NCBI GenBank assembly: GCA_013265495.1
Contig: MU057744.1
Span: 932,001 to 996,000 of the forward strand
From: Vicugna vicugna
Taxonomy: Eukaryota
Reading direction: 5' to 3'
Length of the DNA: 64,000 nt
Shown: positions 49,691 through 63,494 of the stretch, piece by piece
How positions within the stretch are numbered: the stretch's first letter is position 1
Layout: each line of letters starts with the position of its first letter
Made by a program: the position numbers and the translations under genes
The notes under the pieces: generated by a model
Databases searched by the model: none
Seen by the model: the letters and a program-made list of their open reading frames with translations, nothing else
Told to the model about the DNA's origin: nothing

Positions 49691-52532
49691 CTGTATTGAA
49701 TCTTTAGATTAAGTAGAGAATCTTAACTATCTTTACAGTATTGAGACTTCCAATCTATTAACCTGGTATAGCTCTCTACGTAGTCAGATTTCTTTTGAAG
49801 TTCTTCAGAAAAGCTTTGTACTTTTTGGTGGTGTTTTTTACTCGGCTTTATTGACTTTATTCCTAGTTACTTTATAGCTTTCTTTGCTGCTGTAAGTGGG
49901 ATCCTTTCTGCCCAGTTGGTTATTGTTGGTGTACAAGAAAGCTGTTCGTGTCCAATACCTGGTCCTTTATCTCTCCTCTGAGCTCAATTCGCTGATTAGT
50001 TCTACAGGTTGTCAGCAGTCTCACTTGGGGCCACCTTGGTGTCGCAGCGCAGAATAAATTCTAAATGACAAGTTGTTAGATTAATCGCTTTAATGATCGG
50101 GGATGCCGTGGATTCCTGTCCCCAGTCTTCACCTGCGTCCTGCATTCTCAGCACAAAGCACAGGAAACAATGCTCTCGTGTGCTGACTCTGCAGGTTGTA
50201 GTGGTCACTGATCACACTGATAACACTCATTCGCTCTTTTCTCCCAAGAGCAAAACAAAACAAAATCTCCTCTAGCTGACTTTCGCTCACTGGGTTTTAG
50301 GTTTTCATATATAAAGTTCATCATCTCTTTGATTGGATTTTTCTCTCTGAATCTGGAGCAAGAAATAAGTTGTTATAGATAAAGATACTGACTCAGGAAG
50401 CAGCTGGAAATGATGCTGGGTATGAGAGCGCCTGAAATCAAGGCTTCAGGACGCATGAGGGAGTGCGGAGGAGGGACCTCAGGTGGGAGGAGGATTTCTA
50501 GAACACAGTGCTCACTGGCCAGACGCACCTTGTCTTCCCAGCTCTCTTCCTCTCCGTGTCTCCCACTCCCCACCTGTGGCAGTTGAAGTGCTTTAGCAAA
50601 ACACCACACTGAGCCCCTCTACGTGGTGTCATTCCCTGTGTGGGAAACCAAACTCAGCACAGAAACTGTGGTTTCCTAGCTCGTGCGTCCTGAGGGGCAG
50701 ATAATTCAGGGTAGGCTGGTAGCCAGGAGAGATGTAATCTCCTGTATGTAGAAGGGCAGGCATTGCATGAGTGAGCAGTGAAAGAACCTGTAAGAACTCT
50801 TCCCGCGTAAATAGGTGCACAGAATGCTGAACAGCATTCAGATCAACAAGAATGGTGAGATTTTACTTACTGAAGTGTTTCAGTCCCTCTGTGAACAGTT
50901 TGGGAGCCCATCATTTTTATGCATAGATGTAAATCTACAAGGCAGTGTGATTTACAGTCATGGTGTGAGACCATGAATGCTTAAAAAGGCAACAAAAGAA
51001 CATCTTAGAATTTCAGATATGCATTTCCCTCACATTTGGACCAGGATGTAAATTCAACCTTGTAATAAATTATGGGGTATTGTAAAGACTAAATGGTCTC
51101 ATGGCCTGCATCCTCTCCTCACCCGAGCCTCTCCTCCACACACCTGCCAGACTAATCCTCTAAAAACACCAATTTTCATATGCCTGTTCTCAAAACCTAG
51201 CTTCCTGACTTCCTGTTGCTGGAAAACAGTTTCAGATGCTTTCATCTGGCATTCAAGGCTCTCCGTGATGTGGGCCCTCCCAAACACTTCACCTTGCTCA
51301 TTTCTTCCATCAGGTGCAGGCTGGGCCATTGTGGGCCTGTCATTTAAAGACCCATCTCCCAGCCGTCCCATGGAGGTTGCGCACGTCTCCCAGGCTTGCC
51401 CGCTCAGCAGCAGTGTCAGGAAAGGCTGTTACTGGGTCACATACCAACCCTGAGAGTCGGGAGGCAGGGTGATGGTGCCACCGTCTAGTCACATGGGTGG
51501 TTCTCCAGGTGAAAACTGGGGCGTTACTGTGAGAAGTTACCCAGCAAAACAGAGACCCACTATGACTGCCTTAACCTACTCTAGACAAACTTTACCAAGT
51601 GTCTGTTCCAAAAAGGAGCAGACAAACAAGCTTATTACCTCCCAGGTGGGCCCCTTCCACCACACACAACTCCCCAGGGGTATATCAAGCCGGGGCAGCT
51701 GCGGGACTGTCCCATTCTGGAACGTAAGGCGTCTCCTGTCGTCCTGAATCCATACGCCGCCACGTTCTAACCACGGTTTGCTGGGTTCATTTGTTCACGA
51801 CGTACACACCCTCTGAAACAAGGAGGCATGTGGTGCAGCAATATAACTGTGTATCTCATGTTACATAAATTTAAGTAACACCCAAAATGATGGAAAACGG
51901 ACAGAAACAACGTATTTCGATGATGGATCAAGTAAACTATGTTTTGAGTTGCTATTTTCCCCTACTGAAGATAAGGTTTCTGATGATTGTCTTTGTCTGT
52001 TTGTGAAGACACAAGACCACCAGTTTTCCCCCTACTTAAGGCTTTAGCCATATTATCATAAACAGAGTTCTCAAGATTTGCCTCAAAGCTTCCATAGCAA
52101 ACTGTCAGCCGGAGGGTGGTCACCACCAAGCCATCAGGCTTCTATACGTCTTCAGTGCCTTTCTTCCGCACATACCCGCCCCCTGGTTTAAGCTTTCATC
52201 ACTCCAGTTCTACAGTGAAACAGCATTTGCAATCTTTCTGGACCATGCACTCCTAAAACTCAGAGACTTCTCACTTGGTTTCCTAAGGCTTGGCATGTTG
52301 TTTGGTGGGAGAGCGGCAGGGGAACAGTTCCAAGAATGCATTAATGAATGCCATCAATCAATCCATTGATCTAGGCTACACACAAACACTAATAAATATT
52401 GGTTTATTTCTTGTAACAAAGGCAGTAGAAGCTTCTTGCAATAGACTAAAGACCAAGGAAAGAATGAAGGCAGAAAGGTAGCTGGTTTATTTGTACCTAC
52501 TCTAAGACAGGTGCTGATTTAGGTATTTTATA

Positions 52533-52533
52533 A

Positions 52534-52568
<35 letters not shown>
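52533..52568. repeat. (CA)n microsatellite
   Basis: Read directly from the sequence. Confidence 0.95.
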
Positions 52569-54079
52569 TTATTTCATTTAGCTTTCACAAACCTGCAAAT
52601 TTTTACAGACTTGGAGTTTTCGTTACCTGGCTAAAGTCACACAAACTCAGGGCGACAGGCCCGTGAGTCAAGTGTAGCACGTCTCACTTTATGGTTCCTA
52701 ATCCTCATTTATTGTGATTCTGAGATTCACAATATTTAGGTGTTATTAAGAAAAGTCCAAAATGTCCATTTTAAAGAGTGTTTTAACACTCTTTGGGCAG
52801 CAGTAGAAGCAAAAGCAGAAGGCACACAGTGAGACAGCAAATACACTGCTTTCTGGGAACTCCGGTGGATGAGACTTGTTTTTAAACCGGTTTTTTGTAA
52901 ATTGCAAAAAAAAAAGTTCCATTTGCATTACACTTTACAGTTCACAAAGCACATGGGAAAAATGAGGTGATGATGGGTTACGGTTGCAATTCACAGGAAA
53001 GGAGATACAAGGAAATGGAATGAAAGAAAATAATAACCTATGCATAGAGCCGGTTTTCCTTTAAAAAGTTAACCTTCACGCGCATTTCGGCCACCCGTCT
53101 TCTATGTGATGTAACAAAGAATGGGTGTGACAAAACGGCGGATTCAGGGTTTTGAAAAGCGAACCAGCGTTAGAGCCACGTTTGAGTTTGTGTTGTTAAC
53201 AAGGTAGCGCAACTTGATATGTCATTCCTGGCAACCAATGTCAGAAATAGTTTCACCTTCATGAGATGTACAGAAAGAACCACAGAAGAAACCTCAAAAA
53301 GGGCGCTAAGAGAAAATACCCTCTAAAAATTTTCCTTTCCCAGAGAAGGCAGACCCAAAGGAAGTTTATCTGCCCGCCCGCAAATTCCCCAGAGAGCTTT
53401 CCACCAGAAGGTTGACACCCAGTTTGACCCTCTTCTCTGAGCCTCTTGTTTCTTCCATGTTATACTCCAGAGAATAAGCTGCCAGTGCGGAGGGTGCGGT
53501 GGGCCCCAGGACGACTAAGCAGATGGGGGGAGGCACAGATCAGGCCCCTGATCGCCCAGAGGGTAGGTAGACTTTGGCTGCTTTCCTGCATTTTTCAGAG
53601 CTGGCTTTTCAGCCAGAGGCTTCTCCTATATGATAAATTGACTAAGAGCTATTACATTATCTATTTCGAATTCCTATCTTTCTGTTCTTCTGTGCGAAGG
53701 CAGACATAGATTATTTAAAAACCTTTAAGTCCTATTACATTTAAATTGCCTGTAACCTTTGTATAATAATAGATTTGATTGATGACAAGCTTAGTTAAAA
53801 TACAACGATCTTAAATATATTCTTAGTAAACCATTCCAATCTGTGCACAGGAATTGCTATAAGATTAAATTAAATTCAAATTTTAAAAATTAAACCTTAG
53901 TTTTTTTAAAGGACCAACTTGGCTACCCACCGAGGGAGCCCAAAGCTGTCTTCCTAGCGAGCCTGTGAGAGTGTGTGTCAGGCGTCCTCTATTCACTCCC
54001 TTTGTGCTGCACTTATCTGGAGGTCACGTAACAACCAATGACAAAGAGAAATCAAAACAGAAATTATTAGCGTGTGCCA

Positions 54080-55120
54080 TCATGCAGCGGCGTCCTCTGC
54101 CTAACATCAGGAAGTTGTTTCAATGTCAGGTCGCCGCCAGGCATCTCAGCCCAGGCCCCTGCGCAGGGGAGAGTGGTGTCCTGAGTGAGGGCGGATGGGG
54201 GGGCCGGGAAAGCGACCCGCCGCTGCAGCCGGGCTGGAAGGCTGATAACCGCTCCCAGCCCGTCCTGGGCAGCAGGTCGTGCGAGCTTCGTGGCGGGACC
54301 CGCCGGCGGGAGCGGGGTTGGCAGGGCGCCAGCGGCGGGTGCTGGGCCCCCCGGGCACCCCGCGCCCTGGTCGCGGCCCGCCGCACCCGGGTTCCCGCCC
54401 GCGCCTCCGGAGGGGTGACGGGGACGCGCGGGGCAGGGGCTTTGCTAATTGCCAAGCAGGAAGTGCGCGCGGGGAAGCGCGGCGGGGAGCCGGGGAGGGG
54501 GAGGCGGAGGAGGCGCAGGAGGCGCGGAGGGAGGAGGGGCGCGCGGAGCCGCCGAGGGCTGCTCGGGACTCGTCGGAACCGCACGACTTCGCATCGCCGC
54601 CGTCCCGCTCTCCTCCCGGGTCCCGGAGGCCGCCCGGCCCCGCTCGGGTGCCCGTTGGCCCCACCCCGCCCCCATGGCGTCTGCGGACGACCCTCTGCGC
54701 GCAGGTAAGGTGACACCACGCCGCGCCCTCACCTGGAGCGGGGACCGCGGGCCGGGGGCTTGCGAGGGGCCCGCGGCTGCTGCGGGGCAGTCGAGGCCGA
54801 GCCCCGAGGGCCGCCGCGGGACCACCCCCAACTCCGGCGCCTGACCCGGGGCCGAAAGGGGGACAGCGGCGGCGTGAGGCTACCCCCGCGAGCGGCTGCT
54901 AGTGGCGCCCGCCTCCTGCGCTCCCCGCCGTCCCCGCCACCTCCACGCGAGCCGAAGACGCCCCTTCCGTCTTCCCACTCCGTGGCCGCGCTTTGTTCTG
55001 GACCCGGGACGCCAGGTTGAAACAAGCCCCTTAAACCTCTCTGCAGAAAAGAGCGCAGGGGTGGGTTGTTTCCTCCTGGCTCCCTGTCCCTTTCTCCCCA
55101 CCCGCGTGCGTTCTCATTTC
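54080..55120 (+). promoter_or_regulatory. CpG island promoter of an unidentified plus-strand gene
   Basis: Extremely GC- and CpG-rich ~1 kb. ETS site caggaagtg at 54457-54465, GGA-rich leader, and an ATG followed by a consensus donor. Confidence 0.9.
54674..54704 (+). CDS. First coding exon (31 nt, phase 1): MASADDPLRA-G...; product unidentified
   Basis: gcccccATGG context (+4 G) inside the CpG island, ending at the strong donor GCAG|GTAAGG. No downstream exon was recognised in the window. Confidence 0.65.
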
Positions 55121-56699
55121 TCCCCTCTCCTCATTTCACTTGCTAACTATTGGTCCGCAAAGCTGTTTTATAAGTTAGTGTCCACAAAACCAAGTGGCAC
55201 ATCCCACCTGTGGGACCCCCCCACCTCCACAGAGGCCCTTGATCAGAAGGGCCTCAGGTTTGGTCCTTACCGCAGTTCAATACTGCATTTGTACTTGAGG
55301 CCAGAATCCAGATTTTAATCTGACTTGAATTTTAAAGTCATAAAATAACTGTGTGTGTACCTGAGACCAGACTCTAGGTTCATCTTTAGTCTCACTTGAT
55401 TTTAAACTCTTCCTCAGACTCCATTTCCCCGGAGTTCTGTCCTTGCTCGCCCATAATCTAGACTGATCCTTAGTGAACGTGTGGTGAACACACGAATGAC
55501 TGAATGGTGTTGCCCAGGAGCACACTCGGGCTTCTTCTAGTTTTGTTGAGGCTGGAAAGAGAACCACACAGGCAGCACCGTGAACACCTGCTGGAGAAAC
55601 GTGTTCCCTGTTTTACTTCTTGGGCTTGGGCAGGGGGCAGAGCTTGAATGTTTCCCTGTTCATTTGGGGCTTGAGCAATGAGGACAAGGATACAGAAAGC
55701 ATCTGGAGGTGTGTCAGAAGATAGCTAACTTGACATCGTGACGTGCGGGGTCGGCCAGTTTCCTGGGGATTTTAAAGAAAGATCTAAATTCTTCAAGTGG
55801 GGAACGGTAAACATTTTATCCACAGGAGATGGAAAATACGGAGTGTGGCTAGCTTTCCCCTCCCCCATACCCACTGTTTGGAGAAACAGAAGGGGAAATT
55901 AAGGGAGAAATCTCCCTCCCCTCCCCCCTCCCCTCCCCCTCTTCTCCAGAGAACCTGATTGACAATGTGCCAGGAGATGCTAAACTAGATTTTACCAACA
56001 GTGCTTTCAGACCCCGTTAAATGTGGTTGTTGGTGGTGGTGGGGGTGGTTCACAAAGATCCTGACAGGGGCCACCAAATGAGGGTAGGTATAGAATCTGC
56101 TTGGGGCCCCCAAAGTCAGCGGCACCAGAGGAAGTGAGGGCTGGGAAACACAGCTTCATTTATAAAAAGCCTCAGTGGGTCAATAGTGATGAGGCCACCA
56201 GGGTGGCTCATATGCTCTTAGATGGCGGCAGTCGCACACCAGATCTAGAACTCCAGAGCTGGGACTCAGTCCGCATGGCCCGGAACAAAAGCATGGGGAA
56301 CTCCCGGTCCTTGTGGTGTGATGAGAGCCTGAGGTTACTAGGTGTGAGGGTGTCATTCGGAAGGAACCTGTCTCCTTGACTGAAAGAGGTAAAACCCACA
56401 CTTGTAGGCAGACTCTCTTTGGCTTTCTCAAAGCAGAGAGAGGCCTCCTACGCAGAAACCTCCCTCTCACTTGCAGAGATGTCGAAAAACATCTTCAGGC
56501 ATCTGCAGTGTCCCCACGGCCACTGCTGCTCTGGAATTCTGTCAGTAAGATGAGGGCTCCTCCATTAAAAAAAAGACTTAAAAACGACTTCCCCTTTTTA
56601 ACATCTCACTTTGGCTTTATAACCTCCAGGACACACCACCTGCCCCTTCCATTTCTGTAATGAAGCCGCAAGTGGTGTTAATATGTGGAACTTGTTAAA

Positions 56700-57358
56700 C
56701 AGAATGCTCATCTCTCCACCCCAGACCCGGTCACCGTACTCTCTCGCCTAATTTCCTGCACTCGTCTCCCGACTGGTATTTTCACACCCACTCTTGCCTT
56801 CCACCGACCTGTTCACTAAAAAGTGTCCAGAGGGACCTTTTAAAGACAAATCAGATCCAGTCATCCCTCTACTTAGAAACCTGCATTGACTTTCCAACAA
56901 ATCCTAAATCCGCAAATGGTTCCCATGCTGTGCTTGTGGCTCTCCAGCCATCCCTTCCATCGCTGAGCCTGTTCTGTCTCTTGGTTGGCACTGCAGCCAC
57001 ACTGGCTCCTGTGTTTCCTTGAGAGCCCTGGACCTCCTGCCCCCTGGCCTTTGCACGGGTTGTTTCTGCTGCCTGGAAGGCTCCCTTCACCTCCCCCCAC
57101 TCCAGTTACCTCCTGCACGTTATCCTTCAGATTTCAGATCAGAGCTGGTGTAGCTCAAGCTCTGTGTGCACTGTGCTATCACCCGTACCATTTCTAGCTG
57201 TGACCATTTCATCAAAAGCTCTTTCCCCCATTAGACTGTAAGTTTTTGGACAGAGTGCACGTCTGTTTCAGTGACAGCACACCTCCAACACCTGGCATCG
57301 TACCTGGCACATACTAAGTCCTGGCTAAATACCTATCGTCTCAATAAATGAATGAAAG
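56700..57358 (+). mobile_element. L2 LINE 3' end
   Basis: ccccattagactgtaag...cctggcacatactaag...aataaatgaatgaa is the L2 terminus. Confidence 0.75.
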
Positions 57359-59068
57359 GTAGGAGATTTAACCACCAGTGCTTCAAACGTGGACAGAAAA
57401 AGCTCTTCCCATGTTGGCATCTTAGGAACTTATTCATCAAGTTAGATGTGTTAACTTAGTTTACCTTGTAAAGGTTAAAAAAAAAAGATATTTATATATC
57501 CACATGCATATAAAAAGGTGGATATATATTATTATACTGTATGAGCTTAAAAAAACAACTCTTTACAGGAAGAAAATTTACATTGGAAGGAAAACAGTGT
57601 AGACATTTCACTCCATCTCTACCACTAATAAACCTTCTGACATGGAATGAGTCAGAATTGCCTGTTGAATGTGAATAAAATCTGCTTCAAGTTCATACAG
57701 ACATTAAGGACAGAGACAAAGAAAGAGGCTTTGAACACCTGGAGAGTCGGGGAGGTGGTACAGTTCATTGCTTTGCCACAATGAGCCAAGTGTCCGTGGC
57801 CACAGGGCACATCAGCGTACGTGCTGCCTTTGTTCGTTCCCGGGATCTTGTCTGCAGGGAACCCTGGGGCTGCTCCTTGGAGGCTGGCCCAGGACAGCCC
57901 CCTTAGGTGGCCTCTCACCTCCCGGCCGCCCCTCCGAGCCATCCTGTGTGCTTAGATGGAGCCCAGGTGGGCACCCTGTCCTTCTCACCAACTCCAGAAG
58001 CGCTGGGAGCAGAAACCAGGACCGAAGGGGGCACCACTTGGAGGAGCACCCTTGTTTGAAAAGCCGGACCAGCCAGTTCTTCCTCCACACCCACCAGAGC
58101 TGGTGACCTACTGTGGCTTCCTTCCTCCCTCCCTCTCTCCCTCCCTCCTTCCCCTCCCTGGGGTTTTCCAACGCCCCTGCGTTTCTTCCCCTCTGTCACA
58201 TCGCCTGTTTCCTGAGTTTCCTTCTCTCTCACCAAGTGTCCTCCTCCTCTTTCGCACCCTCGGTTCGCCTCTTCCCTCCCCTGCACCTTCCCACGCCCTC
58301 TTCAGTTTGACTCCCTCAGCTTGGCCTCCCTCCAGAGAAGCCACTCTAGAAATGGCCCTTCTGGATCCCCGGTCCTTTCTCAGCTGCTTCGGCCCTGCTC
58401 CGTTGTGAGGGCGATGGAGAGGGCTGCGGCCATGGACAGAGGAGGGAAAGCCGCCCTGGGGCTTGTGTGGTCCTCGGCATGGTTAGAACATCAGCGGTGG
58501 TGAGCACAGCTGGAGGCCCGAAGGGACGCTCCAGTATAAAAATCACAACAAGTGAAAAAAGTAAATGAGCTCTGAGATTGCAAGTTCAAAGAACTGCCTT
58601 CAGTTCTTCACTGAAAAGCACAAAGGCCCTAGTCTTCTGGCCCCTGATGCTCAGGAAAGCCTGGAAGCCCCAGCACATGTCCCTCTTTGTTTCTCCGAAA
58701 CGACATCTTTAGAGGCGATCTTTGAACTTCCTTTGAGAAACTGTGTTGGGGAACTGTTGGTTGTTATGTAGTGTGACTCACGAAGAGATGTCAGAGCATG
58801 AGGTGCTGCCCTTGGGCGACTCCCCCGGTCTGTCCTGGGTCGTCAGGGATCGTTCTTCGCGGAGAGGCTGCCGGATGCAACGCTCAGCCTCCAGGGCTCC
58901 TGGGGATTCGGCCTCGGGAGCCAAAGAGAGCTGGGTCTTGGAGTGTGTGATGGGTGGGTGAGATTTTGCATTCAGAGTGGACGCTGGAATGATGAAAGCT
59001 TTGGACATCGGGTGAGTGGGTTTTGCACATAAGAGAGGACAGGAATTTGGGGGACCCAGAGAGTGGAC

Positions 59069-59255
59069 TGTCATGGGTTGAACTGTGTCCCTCCTCAGAT
59101 TTTGTTGGCATCCCAACCCCAGGTACCTCAGAACGTGACCTTACTTGGGGCTGGAGTCTTTACAGAAGCAGTCAGGTTTTAATGAGGTCATTGGAGTGGG
59201 CTCTGCTCCAGTGTGCCCAGTGCCTGTATAAGAAGGGAAATTTGGGCACAGAGAT
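59069..59255 (+). mobile_element. MaLR LTR (MLT1-like) 5' fragment
   Basis: tgtcatgggttgaactgtgtccc...ccccaggtacctcagaacgtgaccttacttgg. Confidence 0.75.
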
Positions 59256-62200
59256 TACCCCCAGGAGAGTCCGTCAGGTGGTCAGTGCGCTCGGAGGGTA
59301 GTGGGAACAGGCAGATTTTGAAGTCAGGAAGTCCCAGATCCAAATTCTGGCTCTTCCCTCACCCTGTGACCCTGGACACTCAGGATGTACGGGGGAGACG
59401 CTGGCTCTTTCTCAGAGGCACTGTAAGGATGAGCGGGCTGTGTGTGAACCTGGCCGCACAGCAGGCACCAGGGCAGCGGGAGTCTCGTGTGACTGAGGTG
59501 GAAGTGCTGTGACCTGGGCCCCCGGGGGCAGGGGGACCTTAGCCCGAAGGTGCTCTTTCACCCCTGGGGCCCCTACTTCCCACCACTCATGGACTCTCAC
59601 AGCTGGAAGGGCACGTGGAGGCCCTCCGTTCACCCTGGAAGAGCACAGATCGGGGCTTGCGGCCTAGAGAAGCGAGTGACAGCAGCCCGCCTCGACTGCT
59701 CTCACCTGGGTCCTCCGGGAGCCGCCAGGTGCCCCTCCAGCGGCTGCGCAGCTTCAGTTCACCATGGTTTCTCTCATGCCTTTGGAGGAACTCTCCAGAA
59801 GATGCTCATGTGACTTAAGCATCATTCTCAGTGCCATCAGAGAGACCTGCTTTGGTCAGTTACCAGCTAATTTCGAGGATCGAGGCCTGGTTTCAAGTCT
59901 CTGAGCCAGGACAGTGAGGCAGCTTTGGGACAGTAGAGTGACAGCCAGGAGCAGGAGGAGGGTCCCCACTGGCCCCCAGCCTAGTGGCTGGTCTTGTCAC
60001 CTTGGAGCTCACCTGGCCCCCTTCCTGTTTTGGCTCCTATGTGCCCCGTCTCAGCCTGCTGTTACCTGGGGCTGCAGAAGTCAACATTTTAAACCTTCTA
60101 AGTAAACCATTTGACTTTATACTTAATAATATTGTAAACATGCGGCCCCAAGAGCTCTCAGAAACACTTTAGAACAACTGCTGACATTCAGACCAGTCTC
60201 AGAGAACCAGGATCAGCCCCGCTCCAAGTAATCTTCAGCTCCACACCGTGAGAACGAAGGGAGATCTGCGCGCACTGTCCCCATGGCCGGGGAGAAGCTC
60301 ACCGGGCGCTGCCACGCGCCTGGGCCCGAGAGCCGATTTGGCAGAAGCACGGAGGGAAGAACTTCGTCAGAGGCTGACAGAATTTGAATGAAGATGATAA
60401 GAGAGCTGGAAGTGCTCCTGAACAAGTTCCAGACCTGTCGCCTTGCCCAAAGGCCCTCCCATGTTGCTGTGCAGCTTCAGAAAGCACACAGCCTAGACTC
60501 TCCGCGCCCTCCCCATCTTAAGGTCCATTTATTCCCAGAGATTTCCGACCAAAGAGTGAGCCTTCGGGCCTCCAAGGGCTTGTTGTCGGCTGCCTGTATC
60601 TTCCCGTTCACCCCATAACCGCCTAGGTGTGCTCAGTTACATCGCAGATTCTCTGGGGGAGTCTGTCCCCAGCCTGGCCAGACCAGAGGGACTACCAGCT
60701 GGATGTGGGAACCAGCCACCTGGACCCTCTCCTGTGCCAGCTGAAGGGCCTGAAGCTGGGAACACTCACCTTGTCATCCAAGGTCACAGCGCTGGGCTCA
60801 TTCAGGGTCAGACCGCTGGCTCTCAGTGGCCTGGCGGCCTCTTCCCAAGCCCAGTGCTCCTCCCTCCAGATGCCATGTTTGCGTCCTCACTGATGCTTTT
60901 GGTGAAATTCTGCCTTTCCCAGCTGTCTCCTCCACTTTCCTCCTCTCTGTCTTGTTCTTCCTTCTTCCTCGCTTACTAGCGTTTCTGTAGGAACGTGGCC
61001 TGGCTTGTCATTGACCGAGTGGGTGGTGTCTGCACAGGATGCTGATTCCTGCTAAAACTCTGCACCCCGGGTGGAGGTCATCTTTTAAAGCACAGTCATC
61101 CAGATTCACTTTAGTGGAAATGAAATTGTTGAGACTAGGCTGTGACAGGAGGGAAGAAGGAACTTGAGGCTACTTAGTGGTGGCTTCTGCTACCCTCTCC
61201 CCAGGCAGAAACCAGAATGTGAGAATGGAAAGGAAATAGCAGAAAACCGAATGCAGGTTTCTGGCTGGGCCTGTTTGAAGTCCTCTCATATGTCACGTTC
61301 TTTCTCATCTCAAGGCCTTCAGCTATGCTGTTCCCTCTGCCTAGAATGCTTTTCCCTCCCTGACTCCTTCTCCTGGCTAACTTCAACTCAACATTCCAGA
61401 CTCTTCTCTACCCGCTCCTGCCTCCCCACCATGCACCCCAGGAAGGGCATGTGTCCCTCCCAGGTGTTTCCGTATAACTCTGCATTTCCACATCTTCACA
61501 CCAAGTGCTCTGCATTATAACTAACTGCCTGTTCCTCAGGCAGCAGGAGTTCTGTAAGTTCAGGGCGGAGTCGTCAACACAAGTCGTTCTTATTTTCTTT
61601 ATTTCTGTTTAAATCTGAGTCTAAGTCTGTAAGCCACTGGGCTGGCAGGAAATGCTGTTTCAATCCGAATGGGGCCCTGGCCCCCTCCTTAGGGTCACAC
61701 GAGAATCCGAGAGGATGACGTGGTGCTGGGAAAACCAAGGAGGGGCCCTGAATTTTCTGTGCATCGGGGTCGGCATTGATGTCCTTCTTGTCCAAGCCTG
61801 AGAAGACTTGAGATCCAGCAGCCCTCTGTTTCTGTGCCAGCAGCAGTCACGGATTCTGTGCTGGGGCTGGGAACCCTGGGCCCCAGGGCGCCAGCACCCT
61901 CGGTGCATTCCCTGATGTGCGCTTGCCACCTCTGGGCTCTGCCGAGGACCAGGGCGCAGTCCCCACTGATGGAGCTGCCGGTGTCTGTCCCTGAAAGAAT
62001 CTCTCTCCATCTCCCTCCACCCAGGCCGCCTCCTCTAATCTCTCCAGTGACTGTAGGCTGTCATAAGTAAATAAAGAGGTGCTCCCTTCACACCACCTCT
62101 CCTTTGGTCCATGCCTGTGGGGAGAGCAGCGTGGACAGCCCAGACGCGCAGATGGCAAACATCTAGGGGGAGCAAACAGAGTGTCTCCGTAAATCGCCTG

Positions 62201-62869
62201 TTAACGCTCGTTTGGATCCTGCAAGGCGTTCCCAGGACCTCGTGCCTGGTCCGCAGCACGTACTTAATGAGGATTTGGGGGAAGAAAAGGAAGTTGAACC
62301 TTGACTGGCCCATAGCTGCCACTTAGGGTTGCAGGTTGTGCACTGCGCAAATTCAGAGGTGCCCACTCAGACAGGTGTGGTTATGGAGTAAGACAGTTTT
62401 CTGGCAGGTGTTTGATGAAGTGTCTTGGAAAGGGGAAACTTTTTTCCTATTTTGTAAAAATTCGTAAAATCTAGTGGTGGCGTGTACCTTTTTCTGCATT
62501 TTGTCATTAAATTCCTTAAGTGTAACAAGTGGCAAAACAGAAGAAGCAAAATATTGAGAAATCAGAATCACTTCTTGTTTGATAAAGATACTGTGCAGTA
62601 TTTTTGACTATTAATTCACGAGAAACATATCCAGAAGCTTGATATTTTAAAATGATACAAGTGAGTTGCTGAAGAGTAGGAAATGAGGAAAGAAGCAGAT
62701 GTCAGAGGTGAATCCTTGCTGCTCAAAGTTATCATCCAATCCAGTATGCAAAGGGTCATTGATATCACGTGTGCATAATTTGTAGTTATTTGTAACTCCA
62801 AGTATTTGTAGACATTTCTAAGTAAACTGTTATACTTCTGTTACTTCTATTTGCTTCTTTTTCTTTTTG

Positions 62870-63385
62870 AATTTTTAATTGACTTTATTCTTTTAGAGTA
62901 GCTTCAGGTCCACAGCAGAATTGAGCAGAAAATACAGAGTTCACACGCAGCCCTCCCCACCCACACATACATACTCGCCTACCCTCAACATCCCTCATCA
63001 GTGTGGCCTGTTAGGTACAATTGATGAACCCACATGGACACATTGTTATCAGCCAGAGTCCATAGTTTACATGAGGGTTCACTCTTGATGCTGTACATTC
63101 CATGGGTTTTGACAAATGCGTAATGACATATAGACACACTATAGTATTATGCAGAATAATTTCATTGCCCTAAAAATCCCTTGTGTTCCATCTATTCATC
63201 CCTCCCTCCCTCCCCCTCCCCAAACCCCTGGAAACCACGATCTTTTTATTGTTTCTGTAGCTGTGCCTTTTCCAGAATGTCATTTGGTTGGAATCGTACA
63301 GTTTGTAGCCTTTTCGGACTGGCTTCTTTCATTTAGTAATAGGTCTTTTAAGTTTCTCCCATGTCTTTCATGGCTTGATAGATCT
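62870..63385 (-). mobile_element. Ancient L1M (L1MB/MC-like) 3'UTR fragment
   Basis: tagcttcaggtccacagcagaattgagcagaaaatacagag...cattgccctaaaaatccc. Related to 1215-1555. Confidence 0.75.
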
Positions 63386-63494
63386 TTTTTTTTTTTTTTT
63401 ACTGCACTTATATTTTAAAAATTTATGTATATGTACTGTTCATTGTTTCTAAGAACATTTAGAGCTTTAGCTTTTTAAACTCACATAGTTATCA

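Larger units (their letters stand above)
44560..49950 (-). mobile_element. Nested ancient L1M fragments (3'UTR/ORF2 pieces flanking an ORF1/5'UTR-containing L1 at ~46010-48290)
   Basis: L1 ORF1-like peptide VERFPNLMKTLNQQIQ...MRTDFSSEPLLAKRQWSIFKELKEK (46527-46811), with L1 3'UTR motifs either side. Confidence 0.75.

Noticed and set aside
53965..55318. Long ORFs (247, 197 and 172 aa) over the second CpG island
   Set aside because: Same GC artefact. Only the ATG-to-donor segment 54674-54704 has exon signals.
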